Shown one piece after another: positions 1-8,556 of a stretch of DNA of 35,892 nucleotides. This stretch comes from Perkinsus olseni (taxonomy: Eukaryota). The notes under the pieces are model-generated. The model searched no databases and had not been told where the DNA came from. It was given only the letters and a program-made list of their open reading frames with translations. The position numbers and the translations under genes are program-made. The DNA lies in assembly GCA_013115125.1 (NCBI GenBank), contig JABANN010000354.1, forward strand, positions 1-35,892, in the 5' to 3' direction. Each line of letters starts with the position of its first letter. Within the stretch, counting starts at the first letter, position 1.

Positions 1-67
<67 letters not shown>
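1..67. repeat. (TTG)n microsatellite at left window edge; encodes poly-Thr (ACA)n on the minus strand
   Basis: Pure ttg repeat 1-67, in frame with the minus-strand ORF starting at 430/412. Confidence 0.95.
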
Positions 68-430
68 CCTTGTGGTCTCAACAGGACCGCCAGTGGACGT
101 AGTCGTGCTCGCCGATGGGGTCGTTGATGCCCTCAGACGGGTCGTCGTGGTCGGTGTCTGCGTTGGAATTACTCGGCTAGAGGAGCTAGGCACAAAAGTA
201 CTGAGACTATTAGTCGACGTTGAAGGCTTAGGAGTGCTCTGGTCGACCTCCCCATGGCAGGAGCATGGCAAGTTGCTTCCCGAACACACAGGAGGGTTTT
301 GCCACCACTTACAGTAAGATCCAGGTTGAGCAGCTGCACAGGCCGCGGTACCCTGGTAACAATCTTCTCCAGAAACGATAGCTGCGATGGAGGCGATGGC
401 AAGATACTTCATCAATAGATGATTCATCAT
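1..430 (-). CDS. N-terminal part (truncated by the window edge) of secreted 6-Cys module + Thr-rich linker protein, paralog 1
   Basis: Not in the ORF track. Manual translation from ATG 430 (or 412): MMNHLLMKYLAIASIAAIVSGEDCYQGTAACAAAQPGSYCKWWQNPPVCSGSNLPCSCHGEVDQSTPKPSTST...ETTRTTTTT. Same signal peptide + 6-Cys pattern as the genes at 3227-4840 and 6268-7560. Confidence 0.85.
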
Positions 431-555
431 AGAAACAGAAACAGAGCAAGAAGCCAACTGCGGCAACAGAATTCGGGTGCATTTTCCATCCGAGAAGGCC
501 TTAGCGAGAGGCCTCTATAATGGTTTGGGTAGCTGCCGAATCGAATAGTAGCGCC

Positions 556-1988
556 TTATCTGTCACACAGGGGTACTACATAGTGATTCGTTTGCGCACA
601 ATTGTTGATCATCGCTATAGGAAAATGGATCATCACTGCGCAACGTGGCATGCGCATACTAGACAACTTGACTGGTCCCAAAGACGCAGCACGTGATTTT
701 CCTTCCACAACACCCTCCGGAGGGACGAGATGCACAAGAGGGGCAGTCATCTCGTGGTGGCTATCAGCCATCGATTGTTTGTGTCTGAATTGTGGCATCT
801 GTCTTTCATCAAAACTGTGTCCCGTACAATTGCGCTGCCCAATTCGGGAAGGGCTCTCCTCCGCGGCAGTCGAGCTGGACATTTCAAGTTTTTGGATTCG
901 AAAACCTCGAGTCGACTGCTGACCACGTGTCTCCTGCGGAGCATCGATTACCAGACAGACGGTGGCGCTCGGTTACTTGAGGAACGAATGACTAGCTCAA
1001 ACTCAACACTTGAGCAAGCAGGAGAAAAGTTTTTGAGAATGACCTCTGAATGATAACATTGGGCCAAGACATGGGCTATTATGAGAGTATGAATAACGTC
1101 TGGTTCGAGCGACAATCACGACCGTGTCTACTCACCACATACGTTGCATCCAGCGGCATATGTGGTAAGTAAGGCGGGGTAAAGGTTTCTTATCCGCGGG
1201 CTAGGTTTCATCGCTCTTCAAGCCCTCGCCAGCTCTGGCACAAGGGGCACGCAGAGGATTCGAAGGAGCCCAGCTCCCCAAAACTCACCCTACTGTCCGC
1301 CTTCTCTTGCGCTTACGAGATCTGTGTTTCTTCCCCAAACGACCACCACCGAGTTTGTTGAAAGCACCTACGTTCATCCTCCATGCACCGACGGTACTCA
1401 GCATCAACGTTGAGAACCGGACAGACAAGCAAGCCGACATTGAGGTCTGCGATATGCCACGTGACCCGCCCGTTGTGTCTACGGGTACAATTCAGCTCTC
1501 CCACCTAAACCGGGTCTGCAGGTGAACCACAGTAACCCTTGTCATAAGGCCTTCAGATACGTGAGATAGTTTCAGCAAGAGCTTCTCGTGAAACCCATAG
1601 AGCTCACCTTGGGAGTAGCTGCGGACCGGGCGAGATTTATTCCTATTGGGGGACTCGTCCACCTGGCGTGAAGCTGGGTTTTGCCTCCAGGGCCTGTCCG
1701 TGACTTGTGGTTGCGGAGCTGAAAGAAGTGAGACTACGATGCACTCTGATACCGATGAGTCGAGATAGTCTAGAAAGATTGAGATTGAGTACCTTGTGGT
1801 CTCCTGGAGGCCTTTGAGAAACCAACTGCGAAGCCTCTCTCGGTGCACAGCTGTTGCGGGGTACGTGGTAACCAGCTTGGGCGAACGGGGTTGATAGTCA
1901 CATTCCTCACCACCGGCTTAGGCGCAGCTCCTTGTAGTTTCACCTCGGGCCAGTCTTCTCCCGAACAACAGTTAAATAGATTTCCCAT
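556..1988 (-). CDS. Probable multi-exon hypothetical protein with N-terminal MGNLFNCC acylation-like motif
   Basis: ATG at 1988 gives MGNLFNCCSGEDWPEVKLQG. Several GT..AG candidate introns and short ORFs (1492-1848, 556-882) follow on the same strand. Exon structure and 3' end are unresolved. Confidence 0.35.
1757..1930 (+). repeat. 174-bp exact direct repeat, copy 1
   Basis: gagtcgagatagtctag...ggcgcagctc is identical to 2864-3037. Confidence 0.95.
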
Positions 1989-2863
1989 CGATGTCCAAAT
2001 CGAACACACTTCGATTACCGAGTAAGGAGTACTTGTCGCGGCCTCTCGCTGCGTAGCTTTTCGCAGTTGCGGTCAAAATTGCAACACGCGTGAAGTGGTG
2101 AGCGCTCTGATAGGAATGTTAGATGTTGGCATTTCAAGATATGCTCTCGACGCTGAATCGACGTACACGGACACCGTGACTGCTCAATAAGCCATAGCTC
2201 TCGGAAGGAAGCGATGGCACTGAAATGACCACACAAGTGCTTTACATGTAAGCAATGCGAGCGAGCGACTTTGGGTTTTTTATGGTGGGTCTTTTCACTC
2301 GCTTTCCTTCGCCGCAGCTTTAAGGGTGATCGGCTTTATAGTGGTGAAGTCCGCAAGCTGGGCAGTGGGAACATCGCGAAGATTGAAGTCGCACCAGGTT
2401 CTGAAAAAATCATTCGGCGCACACCCCGACTTGTGAGGGCAGATTGCTGAAGCCCCCCGGCAGCGTGGGCGCGAACTTGTTCTCCACTTTCGACCTTTCG
2501 CCACATGGGAGCGTCGACTCTGCAACTTTCGTTGGCAGTGGCTACTCGTACCTGGCTCTTGCGATGCTGAAACACCCGTATTGAGTACAGCAAGAGCCCG
2601 ATAGCTCCATGTGTTGCGATCCGAGGTCAGTGCTTCAAATCCATTAACTTGAACGCTGTAATAATAGAATTCGAACAGCGTGTGATGATGCACGACTAAC
2701 AGCACGATGATGTTGAATCGATATTGTTGACGACCACAAAGACCGCAGAGGTGCAATCGAGATTCCCACTGAGTCCTCACTTCTCTCGCCTCAACTCTCT
2801 CCTGGTAGCATCTCCGCCACTGAGCGGCGCGTTTACTATCGCCTTTCCCAATAGACGAGCCGA

Positions 2864-3037
2864 GAGTCGAGATAGTCTAGAAAGATTGAGATTGAGTACC
2901 TTGTGGTCTCCTGGAGGCCTTTGAGAAACCAACTGCGAAGCCTCTCTCGGTGCACAGCTGTTGCGGGGTACGTGGTAACCAGCTTGGGCGAACGGGGTTG
3001 ATAGTCACATTCCTCACCACCGGCTTAGGCGCAGCTC
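2864..3037 (+). repeat. 174-bp exact direct repeat, copy 2 (duplicated gene fragment in intergenic DNA)
   Basis: Identical to 1757-1930. Confidence 0.95.
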
Positions 3038-3226
3038 AGAGGTCTATCGCAGCTCTATCCTAAACCTCAGAGGTCCCTCAACCCACTACGCTGAGCATAC
3101 GCAACAAGAATGGTCGTTGAACAACTGTAGCGATACAGAAGCAGATGCAAGAAAAACACCCGAATTTACACTCAGAAGAGTAACGGGCGCACTAAACAAA
3201 AGCATGAAGAGAAGGCAGCTTTGCTA

Positions 3227-4840
3227 CTAACGAGCATGGCACTTCGACGCTTCCCTGTGGTACTTGGAACAGTTCGGGTATCCCATCTTCTTCGAGAAGG
3301 AGTCGCCATAGAAACAGCGAGACCATTCCCAGTCGTTGATGGCGAACAAAGTACCATGGACGTCGAAGAGAGAGTCGAACTGCTCGGTAGTAACGATACC
3401 ATCAGATATCATACGTTGACGCAGAAGATTCATCGTATTCCATATGTATTCAATACCGCCAGTAGCACTTGGGTAATCCACCGCGTCGAAAGCGCACATG
3501 GACACCTTTTGACAGTAGTTGACCTTCGTGCACGATCCTTCAACCAGAATCGTGATTTTAGCTCGGAGATTCTCCCAGCCAGGCTGAGTACAGACTACAC
3601 ACTGTTGCGTGAGCATCCACTTCATACGTACCACCAGATTATCAGCATAGGCACCATCAATAGCGTTACGAAAGACTTCGAAAGTAGCATGATCAGCAAG
3701 CTGCATGACGTACTGAGTCGCCACAGGATTCGGGTCACCGGATACAGCGAAGTCGATCAATAGGGCGCCTGGCTCGTAGCACTTCTTTTCAGAGACTCTA
3801 GCCTTCATGCTTTGAGCCTCCTCTAGTGTCTGCCGTACGCTCGCACTCTTCATGCCTTCGGCGTCGAAACTCAGGCCAATAGGTGCGATCTCGATCATGT
3901 CTTCACGACTCACGTAGTTGTCTAGGAATCTCTCGAACGTGCTCACAAATTCCACCATCCTTTCGTTATAGTGCTTGGCGGCATCACCATAGGTAAGAAA
4001 AATACGTCCAGTGTTACCGGTCGCGTTTCTCCACTGTTTCATCCAGGCAACCAACAGAGTCTCGTTCGCGATCTGATCGTAATTGCTGTAGTCAGCGATG
4101 TTCACATAGACATCACCGGAGTTCCACAGCTTGCCCATCTCCGAACTACCGAAGTCGACCAATGACGTATCATTGCCCCGCCAATACATTTGCGACCACG
4201 AGTATGTACCGAAGCGAACATCCCTCACAACTGGGGCTGGAGTAGTCTTCGCGATTGTGGTTGGTCGTGTGGTCGAGGTTGGCAACAACTTTGTAGTGCT
4301 TGACGACGTTGTCGTTGAAGATCGAAGATGGCTCCGGGTTGAGCTCTTACTCTCCGTTGTCGACGTCTCCTTCTGGGTAGTCCGTGTCCAAGTTGGCGAA
4401 GTAGTTGTACGAAGGGCTCCAGTATGCGTCCGAGTGGACGGAGTGGTTGTGTGACGTGATTCAGTACGCGTCGAAGTTGAGGGACTAGTTGTATGGAATG
4501 CTTCAGTGGTAGTAGTCACGTGATGAAGCTCAGAAGTGGATGGCGCTGTACTACTGCTAGTCGAAGCGGCAGTAATAGTCGTAGTAGTAGCGGCCTGTAG
4601 CGTAGCCTTTGTGGTCATAGTTGTGGAGCTCGGTGTAACCGGAGCTGGCGGGGTGTTGCAAGAACAAGGGATAACCGTTCCCTGGCAAACTCCAGGATTT
4701 TGCCAGTACTTGCAATACGACCCTGACTGAATAGACCCGCAGAAAGCATCTCCGTGGAGGCAATTCGCTCGGGCTTCACCAAACGCTAAAGCCAAACAAG
4801 CGAAGAAAGTGACAAACAGCGAGGAGACCGGGACTGTCAT
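3227..4840 (-). CDS. Secreted protein: signal peptide, 6-Cys module, long Thr/Ser linker, putative (beta/alpha)8 glycoside-hydrolase-like domain, paralog 2
   Basis: Intronless ORF. Likely start ATG 4840 (MTVPVSSLFVTFFACLALAFGEARANC), 537 aa. CLHGDAFCGSIQSGSYCKYWQNPGVCQGTVIPCSC, then a mucin-like linker, then a domain with IGLSFDAE that aligns end to end with paralog 3. Confidence 0.85.
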   Translation of the reverse strand: MTVPVSSLFVTFFACLALAFGEARANCLHGDAFCGSIQSGSYCKYWQNPGVCQGTVIPCSCNTPPAPVTPSSTTMTTKATLQAATTTTITAASTSSSTAPSTSELHHVTTTTEAFHTTSPSTSTRTESRHTTTPSTRTHTGALRTTTSPTWTRTTQKETSTTESKSSTRSHLRSSTTTSSSTTKLLPTSTTRPTTIAKTTPAPVVRDVRFGTYSWSQMYWRGNDTSLVDFGSSEMGKLWNSGDVYVNIADYSNYDQIANETLLVAWMKQWRNATGNTGRIFLTYGDAAKHYNERMVEFVSTFERFLDNYVSREDMIEIAPIGLSFDAEGMKSASVRQTLEEAQSMKARVSEKKCYEPGALLIDFAVSGDPNPVATQYVMQLADHATFEVFRNAIDGAYADNLVVRMKWMLTQQCVVCTQPGWENLRAKITILVEGSCTKVNYCQKVSMCAFDAVDYPSATGGIEYIWNTMNLLRQRMISDGIVTTEQFDSLFDVHGTLFAINDWEWSRCFYGDSFSKKMGYPNCSKYHREASKCHAR

Positions 4841-4949
4841 GAATGAGAAATAGCGATCCGCTGGACAAACCTGAGAAGGAAGACCATTCAGGTTGGCTCC
4901 GTTTGCTATGTTGGCAGTTATACGGCAGCATCGACTCCTCACAGGGTAC

Positions 4950-5547
4950 CAGGCTCCTCAATGTTAATCATTCGGCTACGGGCGATGAGTTCCTGCTATT
5001 TGTGCGTGGGAAGCTTTGCGCCTGGTGACTGTCGGCCTCCAGTGCAGGCCTCACAAAGTGGCCACGTGCTCTATTATTTCGAGTGTAGCCATCTTTCCGA
5101 AGCATCCATCATTGCCCTAGTGTATTCCATCGCGTGCATACCCTGTTCTCATACGCTGCACAATTAGCAGGATAAACAGAGAGGAGACAGCTCGACACAA
5201 GGGAACCTACGCTATGGGAGTGGGCCGAGAGCAGGTGCACTATAGTGACAACTACCTTCATTGCTGCTACGTACCCACCTTGCTCTTCGTACGCCTTTGC
5301 TCGTCGTACTTACGTTCGTCCCAGTGAACACGTGCGTTCCTCGCCATGTTATGGAACATACGTTCATCATAAATCCAACAACTAGATCAGTTTTCCCGAA
5401 CTCCTCTCGAGTCCGGTCTTACCTCTCTTTGAGCCCCGTCTCAAATAGCCACACTGTACTGAGTTATAGTGCACAGGCCCCTAGTAGACAGCGACCGGAC
5501 CCGCACAAGATGTTCGAACGAACACGACGTCTTGCAGCCGAAGAAAC
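4950..5547 (+). repeat. Tandem segmental duplication, copy 1 (interrupted by a 238-bp insertion)
   Basis: 4950-5235 matches 5646-5931 (286 bp, few substitutions). After the insertion, 5478-5547 matches 5932-6015 except for a substitution and a 14-bp indel between ccgcac repeats. Confidence 0.92.
5236..5473. mobile_element. 238-bp non-autonomous element (solo LTR or MITE) with 9-bp terminal inverted repeats and 4-bp TSD
   Basis: Starts TGCACTATA and ends TATAGTGCA. Flanked by cagg at 5232-5235 and 5474-5477. Copy 2 of the surrounding duplication has a single cagg (5928-5931), which is the empty site. Confidence 0.85.
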
Positions 5548-5645
5548 TATTTCCCGCAATCCTCAGATTAGAGGCGAGGGCTGATGCCCCCTCTCAGAGT
5601 CTTCACCCTTAACAGGGTAAAGACTTGACAAAAAATCACGGGGGG

Positions 5646-6015
5646 CAGGCTCTTCGATGGTAATCATTCGGCTACGGGCGATGAGTTCCTGCTATTTGTG
5701 CGTGGGAACCTTTGCGCCTGGTGACTGTCGGCCTCCAGTGCAGGCCTCACAAAGTGGCCACGTGCTCTGTTATTTCGAGTGTAGCCATCTTTCCGAAGCA
5801 TCCATCATTGCCCTAGTGTATTCCATCGCGTGCATACCCTGTTCTCATACGCTGCACAATTAGCAGGATAAACAGAGAGGAGACAGCTCGACACAAGGGA
5901 AACTACGCTATGGAAGTGGGCCGAGAGCAGGCCCCTAGTAGATAGCGACCGGACCCGCACTGTACGGGCCGCACAAGATGTTCGAACGAACACGACGTCT
6001 TGCAGCCGAAGAAAC
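5646..6015 (+). repeat. Tandem segmental duplication, copy 2 (uninterrupted)
   Basis: Matches 4950-5547 minus the insertion. Confidence 0.92.
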
Positions 6016-6267
6016 CAAAGATGTATTGAAGCGGCAGGCTAGACACTGAAAACGCAAAAAGCACATCGCTTCAGAATTGAGGAACTTTCAAGGGACTCGG
6101 AACCGAGCCCCATATTTGAAATGATGAAGTCGAGTAAAATAAAACCTGTTGAAGAAACCTGAACACTCACACTGAGTATCAGTATACAAGTGTGATTATA
6201 ATAACGATCCACACGCGGGTTCGGTCAGCCAACTGGATTGCTGTACACAAGTCAGCGCTTCTGCGCT

Positions 6268-7560
6268 TTAGTCAGCGCGGCATTTACCAGCAAGCTCATG
6301 ATATTGACTAAGGCAATCTGAGTACCCCATTTTGCGGGAGAAATCATCACCGTAATAACATCTGACCCATTCCCAGTTGTGGATGACATACAAGGACCCA
6401 TTGATATCATAAAGTGAGTCGAACTGCTCCTGAGTGAGAATGCCATCAGAGACTGTACGAGCCTTTAACTCGTTGAGCAAGTCCCAGGCATACTCGACAC
6501 CACCAGAAGGATCGGGGTAACGGGTGGTGTCATCGGCGCACATGGAAAGTTTATGGCAGTATTTGCCAACTGTGCAGGAGCCCTCGAGCATGATGGTGAT
6601 CTTGGCCTTCAAGTTCTCCCATCCTGGTTGAGTACAAACCGCGCATTGTTCGCTCATCATATAGTTCATACGATATACCAGATCATCGGCATAGTCGCCA
6701 TCAATAGCGTTACGATAAAGCATCATCGTAGCATGATCAGCATACTCCATAATATATTGAGTACCAAGAGTATTCTTCTGACCCTCGATGGCGAAGTCAA
6801 TAAACAGTGACCCGGTAGGGTATCCCATCTTCTTGCTAACATCCTCCTTCATTTGTTGAGCCTTGAGTAAAGTCTTCTTGATATCTTCCGGCTGCATGTG
6901 CTCAACATCGTAGCTTAGACCAATGGGAGCGATCCCCTCCATGTCTTCGGCCGAAACGAAGTTCTCAAGATATGTACCGAACGTGTTCACGAACTTGACC
7001 ATCCGCGAGCCGCTCCCTCTCGATATGTCTCCGTAAGTCAACCAGATCCTCTCGATATTGCCAGTTCTCCTCCTCCAGTCCTTCATCCAGGGAAGAAGCT
7101 TCTCCTGGTCATGGATGCGATCATAGTTGGTATCATCAGCGATGTTCACATACACATCGCCGCTGTTCCACAGCTTTCCCATGTCGGAGGCACCGAACTC
7201 GGTAAGGCTAGGATCGCCTGACCTCCAGTAATCTTGTGACCAAGAATACGTGCCGAATCTAATAGAACCATCAGGACGGCTAGTCGCTGGCGGCCTAGTT
7301 GTTGACACTGTCGTCGTAGGCTTCGTGGTGGTCGTTGTCGTGCCTAGAAACTTGGTACTGCTTGTCGATGTGGTACCGCCGGTGCAAGAACACGGGATAG
7401 TCGTGCCCTGGCAAAGACTGGGTGTATCGTAGTACTTGCAGTAGGAGCCAGGAGAGACGCTCGCGCAATAACTATCGCCCGCACTGCAATCGATGGCAGC
7501 AGCAGACACGCCCGAGAGAGTCCAGTATAAAGTTGTGGCAAGAGTTAGTCGACTGAGCAT
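6268..7560 (-). CDS. Secreted protein: signal peptide, 6-Cys module, short Thr linker, putative glycoside-hydrolase-like TIM barrel, paralog 3
   Basis: Intronless ORF. Likely start ATG 7560 (MLSRLTLATTLYWTLSGVSAAAIDC), 430 aa. CSAGDSYCASVSPGSYCKYYDTPSLCQGTTIPCSC. Domain motifs FGTYSW, DVYVNIAD, WLTYGD, IGLSYDVEH, DHATMMLYRN, ITIMLEG, YVIHNWEW. Confidence 0.85.
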   Translation of the reverse strand: MLSRLTLATTLYWTLSGVSAAAIDCSAGDSYCASVSPGSYCKYYDTPSLCQGTTIPCSCTGGTTSTSSTKFLGTTTTTTKPTTTVSTTRPPATSRPDGSIRFGTYSWSQDYWRSGDPSLTEFGASDMGKLWNSGDVYVNIADDTNYDRIHDQEKLLPWMKDWRRRTGNIERIWLTYGDISRGSGSRMVKFVNTFGTYLENFVSAEDMEGIAPIGLSYDVEHMQPEDIKKTLLKAQQMKEDVSKKMGYPTGSLFIDFAIEGQKNTLGTQYIMEYADHATMMLYRNAIDGDYADDLVYRMNYMMSEQCAVCTQPGWENLKAKITIMLEGSCTVGKYCHKLSMCADDTTRYPDPSGGVEYAWDLLNELKARTVSDGILTQEQFDSLYDINGSLYVIHNWEWVRCYYGDDFSRKMGYSDCLSQYHELAGKCRAD

Positions 7561-8556
7561 GTGGGAAGGATTAACTGCAGAATTGACTATCGTAAAAAGG
7601 AACCCACAGAAACAAGCCCAACGAACATACGGAATCTTCCAACTCCTCAACCCACCGAGTTTCTCTATCATTCTTATGCTAGCACTATTCTCGCGTGTTG
7701 TGTACGGAAGACAAGGACACAGGATTTCGATGTCACAAGGAAGTTGTTGTGCTAGTGTATTCGCGGCGTGCCGTTCATCTGTCTCTCGGTCAGGCTCCGT
7801 GCTGAACCGCTGGTTACTGCGTATTTAGCGTTCGATAACGTGTCATCTTCGTCCTAGTTTGGCCCGCTACTGTCATCCCCTCTGTCGATGGGTCAATGGA
7901 GGATCGGAAGAGTAGTCTTCCCTACATCCTGTGATTGGTTCGCACCGCAGTACTGAGTAACGCAACTCCGAGCCTGATGCTGCAACGAACGACGGAATGT
8001 ATCGGACATGCATCTTCGCTACGGATTTTCGCTCTCTATCGACTCCGAGTGCTTCACGAGCTTCATGAGTTCATCATTGGAGGACCCATTCGTGAGACTT
8101 TGATGGGACTCTCGGGCAGGGGAAGGCCTCGGCCATGAGCGGTTCCGCACGCACTAGCGTAGAGGAAGTCCTGAAGGAGGCAATACACGCCCGCAGCAAC
8201 ACTCCAAATGACAGGGTGACTACATCGATGGTCAGAGAGCCCTTCTCCAAACAGTCGAGGTACCCAAAAAGGACAGCGGTTTCACAACCAAACGTGGTTG
8301 GGGGCAGAGAAGGGTCTCGGCCGGCCGCAATCCGATATGCTGACGCTAGTGTGGCCAGGCCAGAGTCGAACTCGGATAAGGAGACCTGAGCTCATCGCCC
8401 GGATAGCTTTCCTTCTTTATCTCTGCCGCTCACCTGTTTCCGGCAGTATATGTCGAACTTGGAGAAAGCAGTATGGGGGCCTCCTAGCTGGCTGTCGATG
8501 AAGCGACCAAATGACACCACTGCTACCTGCGCTCCAGTGGACGACAACAGACCCGC

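Noticed and set aside
3221-4730. Plus-strand Val-rich ORFs opposite the secreted genes, and similar antisense ORFs over the PDEs and kinesin
   Set aside because: Shadow frames of real minus-strand genes.
5085-5095. gtagccatctt (also at 5781) and minus-strand accgtagcca near 19376-19385 resemble the Perkinsus/dinoflagellate spliced leader
   Set aside because: Only 10-11 nt match, in the wrong orientation or position relative to gene starts, and compatible with chance.
4961-5863. Two near-identical 68-aa ORFs (4961-5167, 5657-5863)
   Set aside because: By-product of the recent DNA duplication, with no independent coding evidence.
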